The notes under the pieces were generated by a model, which was given only the letters and a program-made list of their open reading frames with translations, made no database searches and was not told where the DNA came from. 64,000 nucleotides of DNA. Source: an uncultured Lachnospiraceae bacterium (lineage in GTDB: Bacteria > Bacillota > Clostridia > Lachnospirales > Lachnospiraceae). Position numbers and translations under genes: made by a program. Positions 20,332 to 29,365 of this stretch are shown here, in pieces. Every line of letters begins with the position of its first letter. Position 1 is the stretch's first letter. The DNA is taken from NCBI GenBank assembly GCA_947174015.1, contig CAMWHJ010000005.1:5014-69013 (forward strand), read 5' to 3'.

Positions 20332-21963
20332 ATGATGAGATCATTATTTTCTGGTGTATCGGGTTTAAAAACACATCAGACCAGAATGGACGTTATTGGT
20401 AACAATATTGCAAATGTTAATACAGTAGGTTATAAATCTGCCAGTATGAGTTTTCAGGAACTTATGTATCAAAACACATCCTATGCGGCATCTGCGGACA
20501 ATGACACTGGTCGGGGCGGTATCAATGCCAATCAGATTGGTCTTGGTGTTAGAGCAGGTGCCATTTCCAACAGTATTACCACACAGGGTGCGGCACAGAC
20601 CACAAATGACCCCTTTGATTTGCGAATTGAGGGAGACAGCTTCTTTATCGTAAATAACGGTTCCGGTAACTACTACACAAGAGCAGGTGCCTTCTATGTG
20701 GATGGAGCAGGTAATTTGGCAATGAAAACTACCGGTTACAATGTAATGGGCTGGCAGGCAGATGAAGACGGCAATTTGGCAAGTGATCTTTCTGCATTGA
20801 AGGTTATGGCACCGGAAAACATGACATCGAATCCAGAAGCAACCACATACGCAAGAGTCTTGGGTATTCTGGACAAAGACGGTGCAAAATTGAATGCAGA
20901 AAACGGAGGTCAGGCTGTGGATATTCAGGTGTATGATGATTTGGGATATTCCTATACCTGTAAGTTTAAGATTACACCACAGAAAGACCCAGTTACCGGG
21001 AACAATATTGATGGAAAGTATACCATTGTATTAGAAGATATTATAGATTCCAAAGGTGATACTTTGGGTGCATCGAACTTTTTACATGATGTGGAAAATA
21101 CCAATGGTGCTTATGACCCGGACAGTGATGCATTTGATAAGTCCCAGATTGTTTTTGGCGACAGTGTTGTAGGAACCCAGCAATTCAGTATTGAAAAGCG
21201 GGTAAAGGATGCCACCACCACTTATGTGGTAACGAATAAGAATGGTACTACCGAGACATTTACGGAAGCTTCCGAGGCTACTGCGTACTTTAATAAACTG
21301 ACAGGTGAGAAATTTACCATTGCAGATGTGGAAGCTTTGGCAGATAACACTCCAAGCGTCAAGGAATATCGTGTCTATGGCTACACAGGTGATACCGGTC
21401 TGCTCTATAATACCACAGACGGTTCCTTAAAGAGCATTGGCGGTATGCTCAAAGAGGTTAATATGAACCTGAGCCAGATAGGCGGCAAAGATGCCTTTAA
21501 GGATGTCACCGTAGATTTCTCCCCATCCAGCAATAAGAGCAACGGCGGGGTACCGACCATTGAAGGAAAGGCAGGAGATGCGAAAGGCCATCATGCAGGA
21601 AAAAAGGTTGGTAAAATGATTTCCCTTTCGGTAGATTCCAGAGGACAGATTAATGCCACCTATGACAATGGTAATTCCAGAGTATTGGGTATGATTGCAA
21701 CGGCCACCTTTGCCAATGCATCCGGTTTGGAAAAACAGGGTGAGAATTTGTATGCAGCCTCCTTAAACTCAGGAGAAGCTTCTGTGCAGGAGATTGCGGC
21801 CAATGGTGAGAAGATGAGCAACGGTACTTTGGAAATGTCCAATGTGGACTTATCCACAGAGTTTACCGAAATGATTACCACACAGAGAGGTTTTCAGGCT
21901 AACAGCCGTATCATTACAACCTCTGATACCTTATTGGAAGAATTAGTAAATCTTAAGAGATAA
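20332..21963 (+). CDS. flgE: flagellar hook protein FlgE
   Basis: MMRSLFSGVSGLKTHQTRMDVIGNNIANVNTVGYK N-terminus and EMITTQRGFQANSRIITTSDTLLEELVNLKR C-terminus. AGGAGG lies upstream of ATG 20332. Confidence 0.9.
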   Translation: MMRSLFSGVSGLKTHQTRMDVIGNNIANVNTVGYKSASMSFQELMYQNTSYAASADNDTGRGGINANQIGLGVRAGAISNSITTQGAAQTTNDPFDLRIEGDSFFIVNNGSGNYYTRAGAFYVDGAGNLAMKTTGYNVMGWQADEDGNLASDLSALKVMAPENMTSNPEATTYARVLGILDKDGAKLNAENGGQAVDIQVYDDLGYSYTCKFKITPQKDPVTGNNIDGKYTIVLEDIIDSKGDTLGASNFLHDVENTNGAYDPDSDAFDKSQIVFGDSVVGTQQFSIEKRVKDATTTYVVTNKNGTTETFTEASEATAYFNKLTGEKFTIADVEALADNTPSVKEYRVYGYTGDTGLLYNTTDGSLKSIGGMLKEVNMNLSQIGGKDAFKDVTVDFSPSSNKSNGGVPTIEGKAGDAKGHHAGKKVGKMISLSVDSRGQINATYDNGNSRVLGMIATATFANASGLEKQGENLYAASLNSGEASVQEIAANGEKMSNGTLEMSNVDLSTEFTEMITTQRGFQANSRIITTSDTLLEELVNLKR

Positions 21964-21968
21964 GATAA

Positions 21969-21994
21969 CGGCAGGCAGTTTCGGCTGCCTGCCG
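21969..21994 (+). other. GC-rich hairpin without a U tract immediately after flgE
   Basis: CGGCAGGCAG and CTGCCTGCCG form a 10-bp perfect stem with a 6-nt loop. It starts 6 nt after the flgE stop and has no T run. Confidence 0.4.
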
Positions 21995-22010
21995 GATATA
22001 GAGGAAGATT

Positions 22011-22208
22011 ATGATTGAGCTTACAAAGTTAAATGGAAAAAAGATTATTGTCAATGCAGAATTGATTGAAACGGTGGAAGAAACACCGGATACCGTGGTA
22101 TCTTTTTTAACCGGAAAAAAAATAATTGTAAAAGAAAGTAGACAAGAAGTGAAAAATTTAGTAATATCATATAAAAAGGAAATTTTCATAACTAGGGAAA
22201 ATCAGTAA
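22011..22208 (+). CDS. flbD: flagellar protein FlbD
   Basis: 65 aa, MIELTKLNGKKIIVNAELIETVEETPDTVV. Lies upstream of motA. Confidence 0.85.
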   Translation: MIELTKLNGKKIIVNAELIETVEETPDTVVSFLTGKKIIVKESRQEVKNLVISYKKEIFITRENQ

Positions 22209-22282
22209 TTATTACTATTATATAGAGAAAGCCAAAATTTATAGAAATTTGTAACAAGAAAAATACGATTAGGAGTGGGTGA

Positions 22283-23086
22283 GTGATGGATTTAGCTACA
22301 ATAATAGGTTTGATAGCATGTATTGCATTAATGATTTTCGGAATTATCAATGGTGCTGGCGCCTCAGCATTAGGAAGTTTCTGGGATGTGCCTTCAATTA
22401 TGATTACTTTTGGCGGTGCCTTTATGGCAGTACTGGCAAGTTCAAACTTAAAAGATTACATAGGAGGACTGAAGAGTATTGTAATTACCTTTAAACCTCC
22501 ACAGTTGGATGAGACAGGAACAATTAAAAGTGTTATGGATTTATCTAACATTGCTCGAAAAGAAGGTTTGCTGGCCTTAGAAGAGGCTGCCAACAATTTG
22601 GAAGACGAATTCTTGAAAAAGGGTGTTCTTTTGGTTGTAGACGGTACAGACCCGGAACTGGTTCGTGCTATTTTGGAAACAGAGTTAGATTGTATGGAAA
22701 ACAGACATAAGAAGAATATGGCATTCTGGGATAATGTTGCTTCCATGGGACCTGCTTGGGGTATGATTGGTACTTTGATTGGCTTGATTAACATGTTAAA
22801 AGACTTGGATGACCCATCGGCTATCGGACCGGCTATGGCAACTGCATTGGTTACTACTTTTTATGGTTCTGTATTGGCAAACTGGGTTGCAACACCCACA
22901 TCCAATAAGCTGAAAGTAAATCATGAAGCCGAATACAAAGTGAAAGTGGTCATTATTGAAGGGCTTTTATCAATTCAGGCAGGAGAGAATCCACGAGTAA
23001 TTGGCGAAAAGCTGAAATCCTTCTTATCACCGGCACAGAGAGCAACCTTCGAAGACGAGGAAGGCGGAGGTGAAGCGAATGGCTAA
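22283..23086 (+). CDS. motA: flagellar stator protein MotA
   Basis: Four-TM MotA/TolQ/ExbB-type protein with PAWGMIGTLIGLI and ALVTTFYGSVLAN. Confidence 0.9.
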   Translation: MMDLATIIGLIACIALMIFGIINGAGASALGSFWDVPSIMITFGGAFMAVLASSNLKDYIGGLKSIVITFKPPQLDETGTIKSVMDLSNIARKEGLLALEEAANNLEDEFLKKGVLLVVDGTDPELVRAILETELDCMENRHKKNMAFWDNVASMGPAWGMIGTLIGLINMLKDLDDPSAIGPAMATALVTTFYGSVLANWVATPTSNKLKVNHEAEYKVKVVIIEGLLSIQAGENPRVIGEKLKSFLSPAQRATFEDEEGGGEANG

Positions 23087-23873
23087 GAAGAGGCAGGAGG
23101 ACCCGCCAAAGGGGCTGGCACCATGGATGGCGACCTTTAGTGATTTGATGAACCTGCTGCTTTGTTTCTTTGTGCTTTTGTTCTCTATGTCTACTGTGGA
23201 TGCAGAGAAATTTGCAGAATTAGCGGCCTCCCTATCCAGCAGTTTTAGTGTTCTTCCCAATGGTGCTTCTGCCATTGGAGATGGTATGCTGGTGTCCAAT
23301 GGTGTAAGCCAGTTAAATGAATTGGCAGAATATGTGAATAATATGGGATATGAAGCAGAAGAACAGATTCAGGATGATGCCATAGAAGAGGTAAAACAGC
23401 AGCAGTTAGAGGAAACAGAACAGATTGCAGAAGTCATAGAAGCTCTTGCGGGTAAAAATAATATCGACAAGCAGCTGGATGTAGATTTTAATGGTCAATA
23501 TGTATCGCTGACATTGAACGGTGCCCTATTGTTTGACTCTGGTAGTGCGGAGATTAAAGAAGAGGCGAAACCTATTATGGATAAAGTGGCCATGATACTT
23601 ACTAAGTATCGTGATCATACCATTGAGATAGAGGGGCATACGGATAATGTTCCTATCCATACGGCACGTTTTCAGGACAACAATGAACTGTCAAGTTTTC
23701 GAGCCTTGTCGGTATTCAATTACCTTTTGGAGGTATCAGAATTGGATCCGGCTATTTTAAAACATTCCGGACGGGGCGAATACGTTCCGGTGGCAGATAA
23801 CTCCACTCCGGAGGGCAGAATGCGCAATAGACGCGTGGAGATAAAAATATATAGTAACTTATTGGATAATTAA
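23079..23873 (+). CDS. motB: flagellar stator protein MotB (OmpA-like C-terminal domain)
   Basis: N-terminal WMATFSDLMNLLLCFFVLLF plug/TM region with the conserved Asp. C-terminal OmpA-like region GHTDNVP...NRRVEI. Confidence 0.9.
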   Translation: MAKKRQEDPPKGLAPWMATFSDLMNLLLCFFVLLFSMSTVDAEKFAELAASLSSSFSVLPNGASAIGDGMLVSNGVSQLNELAEYVNNMGYEAEEQIQDDAIEEVKQQQLEETEQIAEVIEALAGKNNIDKQLDVDFNGQYVSLTLNGALLFDSGSAEIKEEAKPIMDKVAMILTKYRDHTIEIEGHTDNVPIHTARFQDNNELSSFRALSVFNYLLEVSELDPAILKHSGRGEYVPVADNSTPEGRMRNRRVEIKIYSNLLDN

Positions 23874-23888
23874 AGGGGAGTGTGACCT

Positions 23889-24410
23889 ATGAAAAAGAAT
23901 TTACTTAGTGTTTTGATTTTAGCTTTGGTATTGGTAAATCTGGTGTTAAATATTGTAATGATATTCAGCGTATTACCGGCGGCCAGAAAGACCAATAAAC
24001 TGGTAACTCAGATTTGCAGTATTCTTGACATTGAACTTGCTTCAGATGAGGAAGCAGGTAAGAAAGTTTCTATGGATAAGTTGGTGGTATATGAACTTTC
24101 CCAAGGTGAGACGATGACCCTCAGCTTTAAAAGCGGCGAGGACGGAAAAGCTCACTATCTGGTAACGGGAGTCAGTATTTCCATGAATAGTGAGAGCAAG
24201 GGATATAAGACTTACGGTGAAGGTGAAAAAATTTCCGAGAAGGAAAGTATTATCAGGGGAGAAATCAGTAATGTGCTGTCAAAATATACAATGGAAGAGT
24301 ATATAGTGGATCCGGCGGTCATTCGTGAGGAAATTGTGAAGAACCTTCAGGATATGTTTGAGTCAGATTTTATCGTCGATATCACATTTAGTGAACCAAT
24401 TACTCAATAG
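23889..24410 (+). CDS. fliL: flagellar basal body-associated protein FliL
   Basis: 173 aa, a single N-terminal TM segment, positioned between motB and fliM. Confidence 0.75.
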   Translation: MKKNLLSVLILALVLVNLVLNIVMIFSVLPAARKTNKLVTQICSILDIELASDEEAGKKVSMDKLVVYELSQGETMTLSFKSGEDGKAHYLVTGVSISMNSESKGYKTYGEGEKISEKESIIRGEISNVLSKYTMEEYIVDPAVIREEIVKNLQDMFESDFIVDITFSEPITQ

Positions 24411-24449
24411 TTTTCAGAGAAGAAAGGAGTTTACGGAGGTGGTAATGAC

Positions 24450-25430
24450 ATGAGTGACATTCTGTCTCAGGAAGAAATAGATAATCTAATGAAAGCCCTT
24501 AGCAGTGGTGAATTAGATGCAGATGAAATGAAGGATACCAAGGAAAAGTCCGTGAAGGATTATGATTTTGCAAGACCTGCAAAATTTTCAAAGGAACATT
24601 TGAGAACCTTGGAGATTATTTTTGAACATTATGGAAGACTGTTGGCAACAAATCTTCCGGTATATTTAAGAAAAAATGTTCAGGTAGAAGTAATCAACTC
24701 TGAAGCCTTAACGTATTCGGAATTTTCTAATTCCCTATCCAATCCGGTGGTGCTGGGTATTACAAACTTTTCACCGTTGCCGGGAAATATTGTTTTGGAA
24801 CTGGCACCGAATCTGGCATTTGCCATGATAGATCGAATGTTGGGCGGATACGGAGCACCCTTGGAAAAAGCAAGAGATTTTTCCGAGATAGAGTTGGCAA
24901 TTATGGAACGCATCTTCAATACCTGTGTGGAGTTATTGCGTGTTCCGTGGGAGACGGTGGTGGATATTTCTCCCCGCTTGGAGCGTATCGAAACCAATTC
25001 CCAGTTTGCGCAGATTATTTCTCCCAGTGAAATGATTGCGTTGATTACTTTAAACATTACCATAGGTAATGTGGATGGATTGATGAATATTTGTCTTCCG
25101 TTCTTATGTTTGGAAGAAGTTATGGATAAGTTGAATACGAAATACTGGTTTTCAACTATGCAGGAAAGTGAAGAGGGGGCTTATAAAGCAGCCGTGGAAA
25201 TTCTCATATCCAGAGCAGATATTCCGGTAAAAGCACTGCTGGGAAAGAGTTCTATCTCAGTCTGTGATTTTGCAAATATACAAATTGGCGATGTGATTCG
25301 TTTGGATACCAAGGTGGAAGACGAATTGAGCATATATGTAGGAAATATACGAAAATTTACTGCATTACCTGGTTCGGCAGGCGATAAATATGCTGTGAGA
25401 ATTACATCAGTAATAAGAGAGGAGCAGTGA
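24450..25430 (+). CDS. fliM: flagellar motor switch protein FliM
   Basis: N-terminal LSQEEIDNLM CheY-P binding motif, a FliM middle domain and a SpoA-like C-terminus. Confidence 0.9.
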   Translation: MSDILSQEEIDNLMKALSSGELDADEMKDTKEKSVKDYDFARPAKFSKEHLRTLEIIFEHYGRLLATNLPVYLRKNVQVEVINSEALTYSEFSNSLSNPVVLGITNFSPLPGNIVLELAPNLAFAMIDRMLGGYGAPLEKARDFSEIELAIMERIFNTCVELLRVPWETVVDISPRLERIETNSQFAQIISPSEMIALITLNITIGNVDGLMNICLPFLCLEEVMDKLNTKYWFSTMQESEEGAYKAAVEILISRADIPVKALLGKSSISVCDFANIQIGDVIRLDTKVEDELSIYVGNIRKFTALPGSAGDKYAVRITSVIREEQ

Positions 25431-25434
25431 GTTC

Positions 25435-26607
25435 ATGGAAGGAATGTTATCACAGGAAGAGATAAACGCCTTACTTAACGGTGGTACGGATAATGCAGAT
25501 TCTGGAAACGCTGGTGTAGTAGAGGAAGCGTTGACAGAGGAAGAAAAGGATGCTGTTGGTGAAATAGCCAACATCAGCATGGGTACAGCAGCCACAACCT
25601 TGTATTCTCTGGTGAATCAGAGAGTAACGATTACCACGCCCACCGTATCCTGTACTGATTGGGATACTGTGGCGAAAGAGTATGACAGACCATGTGTGTT
25701 TATTCAATTATCTTATACAGTAGGGCTGGATGGAAAAAATATTTTAGTGTTAAAGGAACAGGATGTGAAAATAATTGCAGACCTGATGATGGGTGGAGAT
25801 GGCACCAACACAAGTGGGGAACTTGGAGAACTTCATTTAAGTGCTATCAGTGAAGCTATGAACCAAATGATGGGTTCATCTGCCACATCGCTTTCTAATA
25901 TGCTGAATATGATGATTGATATCAGTCCGCCAGAGGCCAGTCTGGTAGATTTAAATGATAATTTTGATGAAGAAGCTGTGGCAGGTTTTATGTCAAAAAC
26001 CTTTGTTAAAGTTTCTTTTCGAATGGAAATCGGAGACTTGGTTGACAGTACCATTATGCAGTTATATCCTATTGACTTTGCAAGAAAACTATATGATACT
26101 TTTATATCAGGGGCTCTTGAAGTAGCGGGTTCTGCAGAACCTACACCGGAGCCTGCCCCAGAACCGGCTCCGGTGTCTCAGGAACAGATGATGCAGCAGG
26201 CACCGGCCATGGATATGGGAATGCCAATGCAGGGAATGCCGATGCAGGGAATGCCAATGCAAGGAATGCCGATGCAGGGAATGCCCATGGGATATGGAAT
26301 GCCGATGCAGAATGTTAATGTACAGCCGGCACAATTTCAGCCCTTTGCAAACAATTTGGGCATGCTGAGCCAGCAGGAAAATATTGATTTAATTATGGAT
26401 GTTCCACTGGAGGTAACAGTGGAACTGGGAAGAACTTCAAAATCTATTCATGATATACTTGAATTTGCACCAGGTACTATTTTAGAATTAAATAAAATAG
26501 CTGGGGAACCTATTGATGTACTGGTAAATGGAAAGTATGTTGCGAAAGGTGAAGTTGTTGTCATTGAAGAAAGTTTTGGTATTAGAATAACAGAAATCAT
26601 ACACTAA
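25435..26607 (+). CDS. fliY: flagellar motor switch phosphatase FliY (CheC-like domain fused to a FliN domain)
   Basis: LSQEEINALL N-terminus, CheC-type EIANISMGTAATTLS and LSAISEAMNQMMGSSATSLS motifs, and a FliN C-terminus LEVTVELGRTSKSIHDILEF. Confidence 0.85.
   Translation: MEGMLSQEEINALLNGGTDNADSGNAGVVEEALTEEEKDAVGEIANISMGTAATTLYSLVNQRVTITTPTVSCTDWDTVAKEYDRPCVFIQLSYTVGLDGKNILVLKEQDVKIIADLMMGGDGTNTSGELGELHLSAISEAMNQMMGSSATSLSNMLNMMIDISPPEASLVDLNDNFDEEAVAGFMSKTFVKVSFRMEIGDLVDSTIMQLYPIDFARKLYDTFISGALEVAGSAEPTPEPAPEPAPVSQEQMMQQAPAMDMGMPMQGMPMQGMPMQGMPMQGMPMGYGMPMQNVNVQPAQFQPFANNLGMLSQQENIDLIMDVPLEVTVELGRTSKSIHDILEFAPGTILELNKIAGEPIDVLVNGKYVAKGEVVVIEESFGIRITEIIH
26221..26280 (+). repeat. 15-bp tandem repeat (4 units plus degenerate flanks) inside fliY
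   Basis: ATGCCRATGCARGGA x4 encodes MPMQG x4 in the linker between the CheC-like and FliN domains. Confidence 0.9.
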
Positions 26608-26636
26608 GAATAAGAAAATAATAGGAGTGAAGAGAT

Positions 26637-26999
26637 ATGGCAAAAAATATTTTAATTTGTGACGATGCAGCATTTATGCGAATGATGATCAAAGATATCC
26701 TGACAAAAAACGGATATAATGTGGCAGGTGAGGCTGAGAATGGTGCCAAAGCTGTGGAGAAATACAATGAATTGAAGCCGGATTTAGTATTAATGGATAT
26801 TACCATGCCAGAGATGGATGGTATTCAGGCATTGAAGAAAATCAAAGAGTCTGATGCAGGTGCTATGGTAATTATGTGTTCTGCTATGGGACAGCAGGCT
26901 ATGGTTATTGAGTCCATTCAGTCTGGTGCAAAAGATTTTATTGTAAAGCCATTTCAGGCAGATCGCGTACTGGAAGCAGTAAAAAAGGTTATTGGATAA
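26637..26999 (+). CDS. cheY: chemotaxis response regulator CheY
   Basis: 120-aa single receiver domain with the DD pair, phospho-acceptor Asp in LVLMDITMP, and conserved Lys in KPF. Confidence 0.9.
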   Translation: MAKNILICDDAAFMRMMIKDILTKNGYNVAGEAENGAKAVEKYNELKPDLVLMDITMPEMDGIQALKKIKESDAGAMVIMCSAMGQQAMVIESIQSGAKDFIVKPFQADRVLEAVKKVIG

Positions 27000-27371
27000 A
27001 TGTATGTGTTGATGACAAGCTACTCAAAATTGAGTAGCTTTGCACAATTAATAACGCTGATTATTGTATTTATTTTTGTACTGGGACTTACTGTGGTAGC
27101 CACCAGATGGATGGGAAAGCTGCAGAAACAGCAATATAAGTGTACCAATATTGAAGTTATTGAGACTTGTCGTATCAGTAACACGAAGTACATTCAGATT
27201 GTGAGAACCGGACAGAAATATGTTGTGATTGCTGTTTGCAAGGATACGGTTACCATGCTTACAGAGTTGCAGCAGGAGGAACTGGAACTGATTACCTCTC
27301 CTGAGACATCAGATTTTCTAGGGTTTCAGGAGATATTAATGAAAGTAAAAGAAAGAAATAAAAAGAAGTAA
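27000..27371 (+). CDS. fliO: flagellar biosynthesis protein FliO/FliZ
   Basis: 123 aa, one TM segment, immediately upstream of fliP. Confidence 0.6.
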   Translation: MYVLMTSYSKLSSFAQLITLIIVFIFVLGLTVVATRWMGKLQKQQYKCTNIEVIETCRISNTKYIQIVRTGQKYVVIAVCKDTVTMLTELQQEELELITSPETSDFLGFQEILMKVKERNKKK

Positions 27372-27383
27372 GCGGGTAGGAAA

Positions 27384-28256
27384 ATGAGAAAAAATCAATC
27401 AGTGAAAAAAGCAGTAATCCGTTTACTGGTTTTTCTATGTATTATAGTGGGAAGCTTTCTGCAAATAGGAAGTATTGGAGTTCAAGCTGCCAGTCAAACC
27501 AATGAAACTGCCGCAGCAGATGGTGAACGCACACGAACTACCAGAGGAACGGAGGATTCTAATTCTGACAACAATATGGGATTTACCCTCACCTATAATA
27601 ATGGAGAAGGGAATTTTTCCAGTAACGTTCAGATTTTACTGGTGTTGACTTTGATTTCTTTGGCACCATCCATACTGATTATGCTGACCTCTTTTACCAG
27701 AATTATTATTGTTCTGCATTTTACCAGAGCGGCATTAAATACCAATACGGCACCTCCAAATCAAGTTTTAGTGGGACTAGCATTATTTTTGACTATATTT
27801 ATTATGAGTCCGATTTTCATGGAAATCAATGAAAATGCAATTCAACCATTTAACAATGAGCAGATAACTCAGGAGGAGGCAATCGAAGCAGGCATGAAGC
27901 CTCTTCGTGAGTTTATGTATGGACAGACAAAGCGAAAAGATGTGCAGCTTTTTATGGACATTTCCGGTGAAATTGATAAGGTGGAGAATCCAAATGAGTT
28001 TACACAAGAGGATATTCCCACCTATGTGCTGGTGCCCAGCTTTATCATCAGTGAGCTTAGAACTGCGTTTATTATTGGATTTGTAATATACATTCCATTT
28101 ATTGTAATTGATATGGTTGTGGCATCTGTCCTGATGTCTATGGGTATGATGATGCTGCCGCCTACCACCATTTCCATGCCTTTTAAGATTTTACTTTTTC
28201 TTTTGGCAGATGGCTGGAATCTGGTGATTGGAAACCTTGTAAAAACGTTTTATTGA
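27384..28256 (+). CDS. fliP: flagellar export apparatus protein FliP
   Basis: Signal-like N-terminus, then the conserved FTRIIIVL...ELRTAFIIGFVIYIPFIVIDMVVASVLMSMGMMMLPP. Confidence 0.92.
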   Translation: MRKNQSVKKAVIRLLVFLCIIVGSFLQIGSIGVQAASQTNETAAADGERTRTTRGTEDSNSDNNMGFTLTYNNGEGNFSSNVQILLVLTLISLAPSILIMLTSFTRIIIVLHFTRAALNTNTAPPNQVLVGLALFLTIFIMSPIFMEINENAIQPFNNEQITQEEAIEAGMKPLREFMYGQTKRKDVQLFMDISGEIDKVENPNEFTQEDIPTYVLVPSFIISELRTAFIIGFVIYIPFIVIDMVVASVLMSMGMMMLPPTTISMPFKILLFLLADGWNLVIGNLVKTFY

Positions 28257-28311
28257 TAGAAAGTAACTGTGAAGATATGAAACAGTTGCGATAGAAAAAG
28301 GAGTCAGAACA

Positions 28312-28581
28312 GTGACAGTTGATGTAGTTGTTGATATTGCGAAAGCAACTCTTTGGAACATTATTATAACATCAGCACCAGTACTCCTTGTTTCCTTGGT
28401 GGTTGGTCTGCTTATCAGTATTTTTCAGACCGCAACCTCCATACAGGAGCAAACTTTGACTTTTGTGCCTAAAATATTGGCGATTTTCTTATCGCTGATG
28501 CTGTTGGGTGAGTGGATGCTGAATAATATGTCAGATTTCATGGTGGAGCTTTGGAACAATTTTAGTGTTTATATAGGTTAG
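28312..28581 (+). CDS. fliQ: flagellar export apparatus protein FliQ
   Basis: 89 aa, two TM segments, SIFQTATSIQEQTLTFVPKI. Confidence 0.9.
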   Translation: MTVDVVVDIAKATLWNIIITSAPVLLVSLVVGLLISIFQTATSIQEQTLTFVPKILAIFLSLMLLGEWMLNNMSDFMVELWNNFSVYIG

Positions 28582-28585
28582 AACT

Positions 28586-29365
28586 ATGGTAACTTTTCAT
28601 TTGACATTACAAGATTTTGAACATTTTTTTCTGATTCTTATAAGAGTATCTGCTTTTGTAGCAGTGGCACCTTACTTTTCCATGAATCAGGTACCAAGGA
28701 GAGTGAAAACAGGGCTGGCACTGGCGATTGCTTTGCTGCTCTGGTTTGCAGTTCCAAAACAGGTTTTGGAATATGAGACAGTGATTGATTATGCTGTCAT
28801 TGTAGTCAAAGAGGCAATTGTTGGAATCGTGATTGGATTTTCAGCAAGTATCTGTAATTATATTATTTTGTTTGCCGGAAGAATGATAGATATGGATATG
28901 GGATTTGCCATGGTAAATATATTTGACCCGGTCACAAAGGATCAGGTGAGTATTTCAGGTACCTTTTACAACTACGCAGTGATGCTTTGCTTATTGTGTT
29001 CCGGGATGCATACATATGTCTTGCGGGCTTTTATTGATTCCTATGAATTGATTCCTGTCAACGGAGCAGTGTTTGATATCAACGGAATGTACCATGGCAT
29101 ACTGCAGTTTTTAAGTGATTATATTGTGATTGGATTTCGTATCTACCTGCCCATATTTATGTCCATTATGATATTAAATGTGGTGCTGGGAGTTTTAGCT
29201 AAGGTGGCACCGCAGATGAATATGTTTGTTGTGGGTATGCAGTTAAAGATTCTGACAGGTTTGATTGTTATGTTTCTTATTGTGTACCTGTTGCCGGATA
29301 TATCAAATTTTATTTTTATTGAGACAAAGAAAATGATGGTGACATTTATTGGGAACTTATATTGA
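28586..29365 (+). CDS. fliR: flagellar export apparatus protein FliR
   Basis: 259-aa polytopic membrane protein between fliQ and flhB. Confidence 0.9.
   Translation: MVTFHLTLQDFEHFFLILIRVSAFVAVAPYFSMNQVPRRVKTGLALAIALLLWFAVPKQVLEYETVIDYAVIVVKEAIVGIVIGFSASICNYIILFAGRMIDMDMGFAMVNIFDPVTKDQVSISGTFYNYAVMLCLLCSGMHTYVLRAFIDSYELIPVNGAVFDINGMYHGILQFLSDYIVIGFRIYLPIFMSIMILNVVLGVLAKVAPQMNMFVVGMQLKILTGLIVMFLIVYLLPDISNFIFIETKKMMVTFIGNLY

Noticed and set aside
22209-22282. Internal sigma-D (TAAA-N15-GCCGATAT) promoters in the fla/che cluster, checked also at 40276-40361, 43121-43161 and 45164-45177
   Set aside because: No acceptable match was found. TAAAGATAGGAATCGATAT at 45163-45181 has the wrong spacing.
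26221-26310. Short tandem repeats, considered as a possible CRISPR or other array (also 62831-62962 and 18336-18389)
   Set aside because: The units are contiguous without spacers, are 15-42 bp long, and lie in frame within fliY, the amylase gene and fliK. They are coding linker repeats, not CRISPR.
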